Below are positions 40,152-50,351 of a stretch of DNA of 62,885 bases, piece after piece. The stretch covers positions 1 to 62,885 of the forward strand of contig JAQUKX010000006.1 in the NCBI GenBank assembly GCA_028718865.1, in the 5' to 3' direction. The notes beneath the pieces are model-generated. The model worked only from the letters and a program-made list of their open reading frames with translations, was not told where the DNA came from and ran no database searches. Numbering within the stretch: position 1 is the first letter of the stretch; each line of letters opens with the position of its first letter. The translations under genes were made by a program, and so were the position numbers. This stretch comes from Patescibacteria group bacterium (GTDB lineage: Bacteria; Patescibacteriota; Patescibacteriia; UBA1558; GWA2-36-10).

Positions 40152-41420
40152 ATGGCTCAAAATAATCTAGCTGCCGCCATCAAACTGGTCTGCGAAGAAA
40201 AAAACCTAAGCGTAGAATCAGTCATCGCCGCTATTGAAGCGGCTCTGGCCGCGGCTTATCGCAAGGAATTCGGCGCCAAAGATCAAAACATCAAAGCTGT
40301 TTTTAATGCTGACAACGGCCAAACAGCTATTTTTGACGTCAAAACAGTAGTAGAAAATGTGGACTTAGAAGAACAGGAAAAACTGGTAGAAGAACAAAGA
40401 CAGCGCAAAGAAGAGGGCGAAGAAATCCCCGAGGAAGAATTGATAAAAAAATTCAATCCCCGCTCGGAAATAATGATCACCGATGCCCAGCAAATCAATC
40501 CCGAATACAAAATCGGCGACATTATTGAAACCAAGCTGGAAGTACCGGAAGAATATGGTCGCATGGCCGCCCAGACTGCCAAACAGGTAATAGTGCAAAG
40601 GTTAAGAGAAGCAGAACGCGACAATATCTTTTCCCTATACAAAGACAAGGAAGGCGAACTGGTTTTGGGTACTATCCAAAGAAAAGAAGGCCGCCGCTTT
40701 ATAGTGGACTTAGGTCAAGCCAGTGGCATACTGCCGCCAGAAGAGCAGATAAAAAGAGAAGGCTACAACATCGGCACTCGCCTCAATTTTTATATTGTAG
40801 AAGTAAAAATGGGCAACAAGGGCCCGGAAATAATTTTGTCTCGCACGCATCCGGAAATAGTCCGCGAACTTTTTGCCAATGAAGTGCCAGAAATCGCCGC
40901 CGGCACAGTAGAAATAAAAGGCATTGCCAGAGAAGCCGGCTCACGCTCAAAAATCGCCGTCCATAGCCAAGAAGAAAATATTGATCCGGTTGGATCATGC
41001 GTCGGTCAAAGAGGATCACGAGTGCAAACGGTCATCAATGAATTGGGCGGCGAAAAAATAGATATTATTGAATGGAACGACGACCCTAAAATATTCATCG
41101 GCAACGCGCTATCACCGGCGGAAATCAAAGAAATCGAAATAAATGAAGAAGAAAAAAACGCTACAGTCAAAGTGGGAGAAGATCAGCTCTCTCTAGCCAT
41201 AGGTAGAAACGGACAAAACGCCCGCCTAGCGGCCAAACTGAGCGGTTGGAAAATTGACATTGTTTCTTTTGAAAAAGGTAAGCCAGTCTCAGTTGAAGAA
41301 GGCGGCGAAGAAAAAAAACCAAGTGAAGCAGGAGAAAAAGATGAAGCAAAAGAAGAGGTTGGAGAACCAGAAAAAAAGACCCCGAAAAAATCCAAAAAAT
41401 CTCAAACTAAAAAAGAATAA
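40152..41420 (+). CDS. nusA: Transcription termination/antitermination factor NusA
   Basis: [54 protein letters not shown]. Confidence 0.97.
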   Translation: MAQNNLAAAIKLVCEEKNLSVESVIAAIEAALAAAYRKEFGAKDQNIKAVFNADNGQTAIFDVKTVVENVDLEEQEKLVEEQRQRKEEGEEIPEEELIKKFNPRSEIMITDAQQINPEYKIGDIIETKLEVPEEYGRMAAQTAKQVIVQRLREAERDNIFSLYKDKEGELVLGTIQRKEGRRFIVDLGQASGILPPEEQIKREGYNIGTRLNFYIVEVKMGNKGPEIILSRTHPEIVRELFANEVPEIAAGTVEIKGIAREAGSRSKIAVHSQEENIDPVGSCVGQRGSRVQTVINELGGEKIDIIEWNDDPKIFIGNALSPAEIKEIEINEEEKNATVKVGEDQLSLAIGRNGQNARLAAKLSGWKIDIVSFEKGKPVSVEEGGEEKKPSEAGEKDEAKEEVGEPEKKTPKKSKKSQTKKE

Positions 41421-41437
41421 TTAACCAATCAAAAATT

Positions 41438-43468
41438 ATGAACGCAGTATTTTTTGCCATTATAAGCGGCCTAGTATCTATCCTGTTTGGCGTTGTGCTT
41501 ATCAAACGAATAAGTAAAAAACCGGATGGCGACGACAAAATGAAAGAAATTGCTTTAGCCATTCAAACTGGCGCCAAAGCCTACCTGCTCCGTCAATATA
41601 AAACTATCTCCTATCTAGCAATTGCCTTATTTATAATTCTTGGCTTTGCTATCAACTGGTCCACAGCTCTGGCCTTTATTATCGGCGCTGTTTTATCAGC
41701 TTTGGCCGGTATTATTGGCATGAATGTCTCGGTCAAGACCAATGTTCGCACAGCCGAAGCTGCCAAATACGGAATTGGCGCTGCTTTCAAGCTGGCAGTG
41801 CTGGGTGGAGCTGTTACCGGTATGCTGGTAGTCGGACTAGCCTTGTTGGGAGTAGCCGGACTCTTTGCCCTGCCTTTTATTGAAGTACAGCACCTGATAG
41901 GCTTGGGATTTGGCGGCAGCTTGATATCGGTCTTTGCTCGACTGGGCGGAGGTATTTTTACCAAAGCCGCTGATGTCGGCGCTGACTTGGTCGGCAAAAT
42001 AGAAGCCGGTATTCCCGAAGACGATCCTCGCAACCCAGCCGTGATTGCTGACAACGTCGGCGACAATGTGGGTGACTGCGCTGGCATGGCAGCCGACTTA
42101 TTTGAAACTTATGCTGTTACTCTGGTAGCCGCGATGTTTTTGGGATTTTTACATTTCAAAGGAGTAGAGAATGCGGTGCTTTATCCTCTGGCTCTGGGAG
42201 CAATATCAATATTTTCCTCTTTAATTAGCCTGCTCTTTATCCGTTTGCCCAAAAAACAATCTTTGGAAGAAATAGAAAAAAAAGGCACTATTATGAAAGC
42301 TCTCTACAAAGGGCTACTAGTTGCTGGACTGCTATCGGCTGGCGGATTCTACTTAGTGACCAAAAACATGATGTCCGATCTTATCAGCGCTTCCGCCAAT
42401 GATATTTTCTATTCTAGCTTGGTGGGCTTGGTAGTGACTGCTTTGATAGTTTTTATTACCGAATACTATACCGCTACCAAATACAAACCAGTCAGATCCA
42501 TTGCCAAGGCTTCAGAAACCGGCCATGGCACTAATATTATCCAAGGCCTGGCTGTCAGCATGAAATCCACTGCTTGGCCTATACTAGTGATAGTAGCTGG
42601 TATTATTGCTGCTTACCTTTTTGCCGGACTATACGGCATTGCCATTGCTGCTATGAGCATGCTTAGCTTGACCGGTATCATTGTCACTATTGATGCCTAT
42701 GGCCCGATTACCGACAATGCCGGCGGTATAGCCGAGATGTCCAACTTGCCCAAAGAGATTCGCGACATTACCGATCCTCTGGATGCAGTCGGCAACACCA
42801 CCAAGGCCGTAACCAAAGGCTATGCTATTGCCTCAGCTGGACTAGCGGCACTGGTTCTCTTTAGCGCTTATACCGAAGACTTGCTTGCCAAAAATATAGA
42901 CCTTAGCTTCCAACTAGACAATGCCTATGTTATTGCCGGCTTATTTATCGGCGGCCTACTTCCTTATATATTTGCCGCTCTGTCTATGGAAGCGGTCGGT
43001 AAAACCGCCGGATACGTAGTCAAAGAAGTACGACGCCAATTCAAAGAAAAACCAGGAATAATGACTGGCAGTGAAAAACCAGATTATGGCGCTACTGTTG
43101 ATATTGTCACCAAAGGAGCGCTCAAACAAATGATAGTGCCGGCACTGATCCCGGTTTTGGTGCCAGTGCTTATCATGTTGATTTTCCAAAGCAATGGCTG
43201 GCTAGTTTTGGGCGGCGTTTTGGTAGGCTCTATAATCACCGGAATTTTTGTGGCTATTTCCATGACTTCCGGCGGTGGCGCTTGGGACAATGCCAAAAAA
43301 TATATTGAAAGCGGCAATCACGGCGGCAAGGGCTCAGAAGCTCATAAAGCAGCTATTACCGGTGATACAGTCGGCGACCCTTACAAAGATACAGCCGGAC
43401 CGGCCATCAATCCAATGATCAAAATTCTCAATGTGGTTGCTTTGCTTCTAATCGCTGTCTTGCTATAA
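41438..43468 (+). CDS. hppA: Membrane-bound pyrophosphatase, K+-independent H+-pumping type
   Basis: [43 protein letters not shown] (Lys at the K+ site), [10 protein letters not shown]. Confidence 0.95.
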   Translation: MNAVFFAIISGLVSILFGVVLIKRISKKPDGDDKMKEIALAIQTGAKAYLLRQYKTISYLAIALFIILGFAINWSTALAFIIGAVLSALAGIIGMNVSVKTNVRTAEAAKYGIGAAFKLAVLGGAVTGMLVVGLALLGVAGLFALPFIEVQHLIGLGFGGSLISVFARLGGGIFTKAADVGADLVGKIEAGIPEDDPRNPAVIADNVGDNVGDCAGMAADLFETYAVTLVAAMFLGFLHFKGVENAVLYPLALGAISIFSSLISLLFIRLPKKQSLEEIEKKGTIMKALYKGLLVAGLLSAGGFYLVTKNMMSDLISASANDIFYSSLVGLVVTALIVFITEYYTATKYKPVRSIAKASETGHGTNIIQGLAVSMKSTAWPILVIVAGIIAAYLFAGLYGIAIAAMSMLSLTGIIVTIDAYGPITDNAGGIAEMSNLPKEIRDITDPLDAVGNTTKAVTKGYAIASAGLAALVLFSAYTEDLLAKNIDLSFQLDNAYVIAGLFIGGLLPYIFAALSMEAVGKTAGYVVKEVRRQFKEKPGIMTGSEKPDYGATVDIVTKGALKQMIVPALIPVLVPVLIMLIFQSNGWLVLGGVLVGSIITGIFVAISMTSGGGAWDNAKKYIESGNHGGKGSEAHKAAITGDTVGDPYKDTAGPAINPMIKILNVVALLLIAVLL

Positions 43469-43488
43469 GTATTTTATTATTTTCCCCC

Positions 43489-43531
43489 TCCCGCCCGCCT
43501 CGCCCTGCGAATGCAGTGGCGGGCGGGCGGA
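43489..43531. repeat. GC-rich nested palindromic repeat, copy 2 (after hppA)
   Basis: TCCCGCCCGCCTCGCCCTGCGAATGCAGTGGCGGGCGGGCGGA plus T-run; 2 substitutions and 1 indel versus 26157-26200. Confidence 0.85.
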
Positions 43532-43619
43532 TTTTTTTCTCAAAGAGCCCTTTATTTACAATTGACTGACAAAACTATTTTGGCTATACTGCCACTAATT
43601 GTCTTAAAAATTCAAATTT

Positions 43620-44906
43620 ATGCAAATAACTAAAAAAGAACTAGAAAAATCCCAAATAGAGTTGGCCATTGAACTAAGTGAAGAAGAAGTCCGGCCGCAG
43701 CTGGAAAAAGCTGCTCAAGCTCTATCAGCTCAACAAAAAATCCCCGGCTTTCGACCGGGTAAAGTACCCTATGATTTGGCAAAAAATAAATTTGGGGAAA
43801 TGACTATTTATCAAGCCGCCCTTGACGCTATTATCAACGACAGTTTTTATAAAGCCATAATCAGAGAAAATCTAGAGACAGTTGGTCAGCCAAAAATTGA
43901 TGTAGAAAAAATAGCCCCGGGTAATCCAATAATCTATAAAGCTACAGTGTCTATTTTGCCCAAAGTGGTCCTAGGTCAATGGACGCAAATTCAAATTCAA
44001 AAAAATAAAGTCGAAGTAAAAGAGGAAGACCTAGCTAAAACCATAACCCAGCTACAAAGCATGCGCGCCGAAGAAAAGCTAGTTGACCGAGCAGCCAAAA
44101 ATGGCGACAAAGTAGAAGTTGACTTTGAGGTGCTGATAAACAAAGCAGTGATAGAAGGCGGCAAAAGTCAAAAATATCCTCTGATTATAGGAGAAAAACA
44201 AATGATACCTGGCTTTGAAGAGCAACTAATAGGCCTCAAAGCTGGTGATAAAAAAGAGTTTGAACTCAAATTTCCAGAAAAATATTTTCAAAAAAATTTG
44301 GCCAATCGTCTGGCTACTTTTAAAGTGACTTTAGCAGCTGTCTATCAGAGAAATCTAGCGGAAGCAAATGATGATTTTGCCAAAAAACTAGGCTTTGATA
44401 ATTTGGCAAAATTAAAAGAGCAACTGCAAGAAAATATCAAACAAGACAAGGAAAATAAAGAAAACCAGCGCCTGGAAACAGAAATTATCAAAGAGCTGAT
44501 CAAAATTTGCCAAATAGGCGAACTGCCGGAAAACCTGATTGATAATGAAATCCATAAAATGATCCATGAGCTGGAACACAATATCAGCCGCCAAGGTATG
44601 GACATGGCCGGCTATCTCAAGTCTCTCAACAAAACCCACGATGACCTCCATCAAGATTTTCGAGCCCAAGCCATAGAAAGAGTGCAGGCTGCTTTGATCT
44701 TCAAGCAAATTGCCAAAGAAGAAAAAATCCAAGCAAGCGAAAGCGAAGTAATGGCGGAAATAAAAAAACAAGAAGATTTTTACCGGCAAATCAACAATGC
44801 TCAAGCTCTACAAAATATCCAAAACCCTCTTTACAAAAATCAAGTTGCTTCCTCGCTGATAAACAGCCGAATTATCACTCGCCTAAAACAGGATATTATC
44901 AAATAA
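43620..44906 (+). CDS. tig: Trigger factor
   Basis: IPGFRPGKVP ribosome-binding motif; FKBP domain IPGFEEQLIG. Confidence 0.96.
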   Translation: MQITKKELEKSQIELAIELSEEEVRPQLEKAAQALSAQQKIPGFRPGKVPYDLAKNKFGEMTIYQAALDAIINDSFYKAIIRENLETVGQPKIDVEKIAPGNPIIYKATVSILPKVVLGQWTQIQIQKNKVEVKEEDLAKTITQLQSMRAEEKLVDRAAKNGDKVEVDFEVLINKAVIEGGKSQKYPLIIGEKQMIPGFEEQLIGLKAGDKKEFELKFPEKYFQKNLANRLATFKVTLAAVYQRNLAEANDDFAKKLGFDNLAKLKEQLQENIKQDKENKENQRLETEIIKELIKICQIGELPENLIDNEIHKMIHELEHNISRQGMDMAGYLKSLNKTHDDLHQDFRAQAIERVQAALIFKQIAKEEKIQASESEVMAEIKKQEDFYRQINNAQALQNIQNPLYKNQVASSLINSRIITRLKQDIIK

Positions 44907-45003
44907 ATACTTGGCTCTGGCTTTGGCAAAAAGGCAAAAAATGCTATAATTTCACCATACTGCTTGAAGAATAGCCCGCCAAACAAAACAAGCTTAATCT
45001 CAT

Positions 45004-45792
45004 ATGTACAAAAAAGAATTAACCATTGCCAAAAAAGCCGTTCTACAAGCCGGCGCTATGCTCAAAAAAGAATTTTTAAAGAAAAAAAATCCGTCTTTGC
45101 AATTTAAAAAAAACAACGAAAGAGTAACTGCCTATGATAAAAAAGCGGAAAAAATTATTTTGAGTATCTTAAAAAAAGAATTTCCCAACTATCAAATACT
45201 GTCTGAAGAAGGCGGAGGTAATAAAAATCCAAATGATCTTTGCTGGGTAATAGATCCCTTAGATGGCACTACCAATTTTACTATTAACCATCCTCTATTT
45301 TGTGTAGCCATTGCTCTATTTAAAAAAAATGAGGTAGTCTTGGGAGTAATTTATAATCCTATTCTTGATGAGCTTTATTGGGCTATAAAAGGTCAAGGCG
45401 CTTTTAAAAACAAACAGCGCTTGAAAGTGTCTAAACAAAAAGATTTGAAAAAATCCGTTTTGACCTACTGCCACGGATCAGGGGAAAAAAATACCCAAAA
45501 AGCCTATAAGCTCTACCAGCGCTTTCACAATCTTTCCCGCCACTGCCGCCATTTTGGCTGTACTCAGCTGGAATTGGCCATGGTAGCTGCTGGTAATACT
45601 CAGGCTCATCTGGTAAGTGGTGGAAAAATCTGGGATATAGCTGCCGGCGCCCTAATAGTCAAAGAAGCTGGCGGAACAGTGACTGATTGGCAAAATCGCC
45701 CTTGGAACAAAAAATCTAGTAGTATTTTGGCGGCTCCTAGCCAAATACAGCGCCAATGCCTGCGGGAATTAAAAAAACTGAAGTTGAGCTGA
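45004..45792 (+). CDS. suhB: Inositol monophosphatase family protein
   Basis: ILSEE, WVIDPLDGTTNF, WDIAAG.LIV.EAGG. Confidence 0.88.
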   Translation: MYKKELTIAKKAVLQAGAMLKKEFLKKKNPSLQFKKNNERVTAYDKKAEKIILSILKKEFPNYQILSEEGGGNKNPNDLCWVIDPLDGTTNFTINHPLFCVAIALFKKNEVVLGVIYNPILDELYWAIKGQGAFKNKQRLKVSKQKDLKKSVLTYCHGSGEKNTQKAYKLYQRFHNLSRHCRHFGCTQLELAMVAAGNTQAHLVSGGKIWDIAAGALIVKEAGGTVTDWQNRPWNKKSSSILAAPSQIQRQCLRELKKLKLS

Positions 45793-45843
45793 TAGCATTG
45801 ACTTTTTAGCTTATTTCTATATAATAGTTATGCTGAAATTCAA

Positions 45844-45920
45844 GCGAGTGTAGTTCAGTTGGCTAGAACGTTTCCTTGCCAAGGAAAAGGTCGCCGGTTC
45901 GAATCCGGTCACTCGCTCCA
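45844..45920 (+). tRNA. tRNA-Gly (GCC)
   Basis: GCGAGTG...TTTCC-TTGCCAA-GGAAA...CCGGTTCGAATCCGG-TCACTCGCTCCA; TTGACT/TATAAT promoter upstream. Confidence 0.95.
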
Positions 45921-45936
45921 TTAAAATAAAAAATCT

Positions 45937-45983
45937 GGAAAAGGTCGTCCAGCCCTTCGCGAAGGGCTGGATCACTCGCTCCA
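45937..45983 (+). repeat. Partial 3' copy of tRNA-Gly with the T-arm replaced by a 24-nt palindrome
   Basis: GGAAAAGGTCG + TCCAGCCCTTCGCGAAGGGCTGGA + TCACTCGCTCCA. Confidence 0.85.
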
Positions 45984-46077
45984 GTACTTTTCGACAGGCT
46001 CCGGCTGGCGAAGAATGCCTCCAAATAAATTCCTGAGCTTACGAGAGATTGTAGTCGGAGGACTACATTTTATTTTT

Positions 46078-46141
46078 GCCGGCGTGGTGCCCCGCTAGTC
46101 AGCGGGATCTTCGTCTCGCTACGCTCGACTACGAGAATGGT
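46078..46141 (+). repeat. Partial 5' copy of tRNA-Leu interrupted by 45 nt of palindromic repeats
   Basis: GCCGGCGTGGTG + insert 46090-46134 + GAATGGT. Confidence 0.7.
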
Positions 46142-46197
46142 GCATTGATAATAATACTTTAAAAACTAAAACTTTAATTCACACTTCATAATGCTAA

Positions 46198-46282
46198 GCC
46201 GGCGTGGTGGAATGGTAGACACGCAGGACTTAAAATCCTGTACCCATTGGGTGTGTCGGTTCAAGTCCGACCGCCGGTACCA
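46198..46282 (+). tRNA. tRNA-Leu (TAA)
   Basis: GCCGGCG..CAGGA-CTTAAAA-TCCTG, long variable arm, GTCGGTTCAAGTCCGAC, ACCA. Confidence 0.95.
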
Positions 46283-46295
46283 AAATTTACTCAGC

Positions 46296-46338
46296 AAAAA
46301 AACAACCCAGCCCTTCGCGAAGGGCTGGGTTGTTTTTT
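46296..46338. terminator. Perfect palindromic bidirectional terminator between convergent tRNA-Leu and tRNA-Cys
   Basis: AAAAAACAACCCAGCCCTTCG|CGAAGGGCTGGGTTGTTTTTT. Confidence 0.88.
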
Positions 46339-46347
46339 ATTTTCTGA

Positions 46348-46422
<75 letters not shown>

Positions 46423-46443
46423 TTGTTTTTCTTTGTTTTTATC

Positions 46444-46503
46444 TTGCAGGCCTCTGCCTGGCCCCTGTCCCGTACTTGTGACGGGAACGCCAGCTACTTG
46501 GCC
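46444..46503 (-). repeat. Partial 5' copy of tRNA-Cys with the D-loop replaced by a hairpin
   Basis: GGCCAAGTAGCT + GGCGTTCCCGTCACAAGTACGGGACAGGGGCC + AGGCAGAGGCCTGCAA, versus tRNA GGCCACGTAGCC-AAGTGGTA-AGGCAGAGGTCTGCAA. Confidence 0.8.
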
Positions 46504-46617
46504 TTATTTTCCCTAAGAAACAAAAAAGCTCCTAAAATTTAGCAGATTTTACAAATATTTTCAAGGCACTTAAAACTTTATTTTATCCTCCAAAAATGCT
46601 ACAATCACCCTACAAAT

Positions 46618-49347
46618 ATGTCAAAAAAACAGGAAAAATTAGTATTAATTGACAGTCATGCCCTACTCCATAGGTCCTGGCATGCCATCCCGCCTTTAAA
46701 CACCAAAGACGGCCTGATGGTCAATGCTGTTTTTGGCTACAGCTCATTGCTCTTAAAAATAATTCAAGAACTAAAACCAGATTATATTATTGCCACCTTT
46801 GACTTGGCGGAAAAAACTTTTCGCCATCAGAAATACTCAGACTATAAAGCCCAGAGAGTCAAGCAGGCTGATGAATTTTATAATCAAATCCCTTTGGCTT
46901 ACAAAGTGCTGGAAGCATTTTCTATACCCATTATCAGCCAATCGGGATATGAAGCTGATGATATCATCGGCACTATTACTGAAGAAGTTTGCCAAAAATA
47001 CCCCCATATTCAAACCACTATCATCACCGGGGATTTGGATACTCTACAATTAGTCAACGATAAAGTAAAGGTTTTTACTTTAAAAAAAGGCCTAAGCGAT
47101 ACCATTACTTATGATTTGACCGCCGTCAAAGAACGCTATGGTCTAAACCCTGGCCAATTAGTAGATCTCAAAGCTATCCAAGGAGATGCCTCTGACAATA
47201 TCAAAGGAGTAAAGGGTATAGGCGAAAAAGGAGCCAATGATCTTATTAGACAATTTGGCTCTTTGGAAAATCTTTATCAAAAAATAGAAAAAGCTGATCT
47301 AAAAGAAAGAACCAAGCAACTGCTTTTAGAACAGAAAAAGGAAGCTTTTGCCAGCAAAGAACTTTTGACTATAGTCAAAGACGTTCCTTTAAATTGGCAA
47401 TTAGAAACTGCTCGCTTTGAAAATTTTGATCCAGAAAAAGTCTATCAAATTTTTCAGGAATTGGAATTTAGATCTCTGATTAACAAAATTCCTCAGCAAA
47501 GCGCTATTTTAAACTCTCAAAATCAAGACTTAAAAATAAATGACGCTAATTATAAAATAATTGCTGATCAAAAAAGTCTAACTGATTTTTTGGCCGAATT
47601 AAAAAAACAAAATATTTTTGCTCTAGATAGCGAAACTTCCGGCTTGGATGTTTTGCAAGCAGAAATTTTGGGCTTGTCTTTTTCCTGGCAGGAAAAAAAC
47701 GGCTATTTTATAATTCTCCAAGAGGAAAAATTCCGCGCTTTAGCTCTTAAAGAATTAAAGCCTGTTTTGGAAAATCCGCAAATAACTAAAATCGGTCATA
47801 ACCTCAAATTTGATTACAAGGTTTTAAAAATTTTAGGAATTGATCTCCAGGGCATTATTTTCGACACTATGCTGGCTGCTTATCTGATAAACTACAGCCG
47901 TGGCCTGAAATTGGAAGAACTGGCTTTTAGTTATTTGGGCTACAAAAAACTAAAATTAGCCGATCTCCTGGAGGAAAAACCTAAAGGAAAAAAAGAAATA
48001 AAAGTCAGCGATATATCCATGGATAAATTGGCTTGGTATGGCGCTGAAGATGCTGATATTACTTTTAGGCTTTATCAAAAAATTCTACCCCTTTTAAAAA
48101 GCAATAAAAATTATGACCTTTTGCTAAAAATGGAAATACCGCTACTGCCGGTTTTAGCAGAAATGGAATTAGCCGGCGTAGCCCTAGATTCCACTTTTTT
48201 GAAAAAAATGTCCAAAGAGTTTGATAAAGAAATAAAAAATCTGAACAAAAAAATATATCAGCTAGCCGGACGAGAGTTCAATATTGCCTCCCCTCTGCAA
48301 CTAAAAGAAATATTATTCAATGATTTGAAAATCAATCCTCAGGGAATCAAAAAAACCAAAACCGGACTTTCCACAGCTGCCTCTGAACTGGAAAAAATGA
48401 GAAAAATCCATCCAATAATCAACTTAATTAGCGAGCATCGAGAATTAAGTAAATTGCAGTCAACTTATATCAAAGCCCTCCCCCAAATAGTCAACAAAAA
48501 AACTCAAAGAGTCCATACCAACTTCAATCAGACTATCACTGCTACTGGTCGCTTATCTTCTTCTGATCCTAATTTACAAAATATCCCTATCCGAACTGCT
48601 TTAGGTAGGAAAATACGTCGCGCTTTTGTCGCTCCTGACAAGCACGTCCTTCTCTCGGCTGACTATTCCCAAATTGAACTGCGACTGGTAGCCGCTCTTT
48701 CTCAGGATCCCAAAATGATAGCTAGCTTTAAAAAGGGCGAAGACATTCATGCTCGGACTGCCGCCGAAATACACAAGATAGCTCTAGAGGATGTTAGTAA
48801 AGACATTCGTCGGACTGCCAAAGAAATTAATTTTGGCATTTTATACGGCCTAGGATCTTTGGGTTTATCGCAAAGAACTGACTTAAATAGAAACGAAGCC
48901 AAAGAATTTATTGAACGCTATTTTTCCATCTACAAAAAAATAAAAATTTATATTGAGCAAACCAAAAACTTTGCCCGCCAAAACGGCTACAGCCAAACTA
49001 TTTTTGGTCGGCGGCGATATTTGCCAGATATCAATTCGTCCATGCCTATGCTCAGAGCCGCTGCCGAACGTATGGCAATAAATATGCCTGTCCAAGGCAC
49101 AGCTGCTGATTTGATGAAATTGGCAATGGTAAAAATATATCAAGGCTTGCCAAAAATCAGCCAAGCTTCTAAGATAATTCTACAAGTTCATGATGAATTA
49201 GTTTTGGAAGTTCCCAAAAAAGACCTAAAAGCAGTGGCTCTTCTGGTTAAAAACACTATGGAAAATATTCACCAATTACCCGTACCCCTATCAGTTGATC
49301 TAGAAATAGGCCAAAATTGGGGCGAGTTGGAAAAATATGATTTGTAA
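46618..49347 (+). CDS. polA: DNA polymerase I (5'-3' exo, intact 3'-5' exo motifs, polymerase)
   Basis: YEADD, ALDSET, HNLKFD, YGAEDAD, TGRLSSSDPNLQNIP, DYSQIELR, QVHDELV. Confidence 0.98.
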   Translation: MSKKQEKLVLIDSHALLHRSWHAIPPLNTKDGLMVNAVFGYSSLLLKIIQELKPDYIIATFDLAEKTFRHQKYSDYKAQRVKQADEFYNQIPLAYKVLEAFSIPIISQSGYEADDIIGTITEEVCQKYPHIQTTIITGDLDTLQLVNDKVKVFTLKKGLSDTITYDLTAVKERYGLNPGQLVDLKAIQGDASDNIKGVKGIGEKGANDLIRQFGSLENLYQKIEKADLKERTKQLLLEQKKEAFASKELLTIVKDVPLNWQLETARFENFDPEKVYQIFQELEFRSLINKIPQQSAILNSQNQDLKINDANYKIIADQKSLTDFLAELKKQNIFALDSETSGLDVLQAEILGLSFSWQEKNGYFIILQEEKFRALALKELKPVLENPQITKIGHNLKFDYKVLKILGIDLQGIIFDTMLAAYLINYSRGLKLEELAFSYLGYKKLKLADLLEEKPKGKKEIKVSDISMDKLAWYGAEDADITFRLYQKILPLLKSNKNYDLLLKMEIPLLPVLAEMELAGVALDSTFLKKMSKEFDKEIKNLNKKIYQLAGREFNIASPLQLKEILFNDLKINPQGIKKTKTGLSTAASELEKMRKIHPIINLISEHRELSKLQSTYIKALPQIVNKKTQRVHTNFNQTITATGRLSSSDPNLQNIPIRTALGRKIRRAFVAPDKHVLLSADYSQIELRLVAALSQDPKMIASFKKGEDIHARTAAEIHKIALEDVSKDIRRTAKEINFGILYGLGSLGLSQRTDLNRNEAKEFIERYFSIYKKIKIYIEQTKNFARQNGYSQTIFGRRRYLPDINSSMPMLRAAAERMAINMPVQGTAADLMKLAMVKIYQGLPKISQASKIILQVHDELVLEVPKKDLKAVALLVKNTMENIHQLPVPLSVDLEIGQNWGELEKYDL

Positions 49348-49364
49348 ATTATAGATAAAATAAA

Positions 49365-50315
49365 ATGCTGTTTTTTTACTACGGCGAAGATAATTTTAGA
49401 GCCAGGGAAAAAGCCCTGGCTATTGCCGCCAAATTCAAAGAAAAAATAGACCCTAGCGGCCAAAACGTCTGCTACTTGGACGGAGAAAATCTGACTGCTG
49501 CTGATTTTTTTCCTGCTGTTTCCAGCGCTGGCTTTTTGGCAGAAAAAAAGCTAATAATCATCAAAAATATTTTTGCCAATAAAAAACTGACTAACTGGCA
49601 GGATGATCTGCTGACTTTTTTAAAAAAACAAAAAAACAGCGTTGAAGAAAACTATTTGATTTTTTTGCAAGACAGCAAGCCGGACAAACGCAGCAAACTC
49701 TACAAAACTTTATCAGCCCTGAAATTTGCCGAAGAATTCAACCCGCTTAGTCCCCTGGAGCTGAAAAAATGGATAAGCAATCGGCTAGAAAAACAAAACA
49801 AAAAAATCAGCCCTGACGCCCTGTCGCTTTTAGTTGCTTTTGTTGGCAGCGACCTCTGGCAAATGAGTCAAGAAATAGACAAGCTAGTCAACTATACCGA
49901 TAAAGAAATAAATAGTGATGATATCAAAAAAATAGTCCAAGCCAAAATAGATGACAATATTTTTTCACTGATTGATGCCTTGGGCAAAAAGGATAAAGCT
50001 TTGGCTCTCAAGCTCTTGGAAGAAAAACTGGATTATGGCACTAGCCCTCAATACATCCTGGCAATGATCGCCCGTCAATATCGTCTGCTGATAAAAACCA
50101 AAGAGCTTACCGGCCAAATCAAATACAGCGGCGCGCTAATCCAGGTTTTAAAAATCCCCAAGTTTGCTGCTGACAAAGCTCTAGAGCAAAGCCGGCTCTA
50201 CCAAGCAGACGAGCTGAAAAAAATCTATGGCCAACTGCTGGAGTTAGATGAAAAATTCAAATCCGGCCAAGGCCAGGAAAAAATCCTGTTTGCCAAGATG
50301 ATTAACCAATTATAA
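49365..50315 (+). CDS. holA: DNA polymerase III subunit delta
   Basis: FFYYGEDNF, FLAEKKLIIIKN, PDKRSKLYK, GSDLWQMSQEIDKL. Confidence 0.9.
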   Translation: MLFFYYGEDNFRAREKALAIAAKFKEKIDPSGQNVCYLDGENLTAADFFPAVSSAGFLAEKKLIIIKNIFANKKLTNWQDDLLTFLKKQKNSVEENYLIFLQDSKPDKRSKLYKTLSALKFAEEFNPLSPLELKKWISNRLEKQNKKISPDALSLLVAFVGSDLWQMSQEIDKLVNYTDKEINSDDIKKIVQAKIDDNIFSLIDALGKKDKALALKLLEEKLDYGTSPQYILAMIARQYRLLIKTKELTGQIKYSGALIQVLKIPKFAADKALEQSRLYQADELKKIYGQLLELDEKFKSGQGQEKILFAKMINQL

Positions 50316-50341
50316 AACCAGCCCTAACTAGGGCTGGTTTT
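50314..50341. terminator. Bidirectional terminator between holA and rpsT
   Basis: AAAACCAGCCCTA-AC-TAGGGCTGGTTTT. Confidence 0.85.
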
Positions 50342-50351
50342 CTATTAGAAT

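Noticed and set aside
45921-46197. Possible CRISPR array or prophage attachment site at the tRNA cluster
   Set aside because: No repeated unit with spacers, no cas or integrase gene, and no cargo between the duplicated segments
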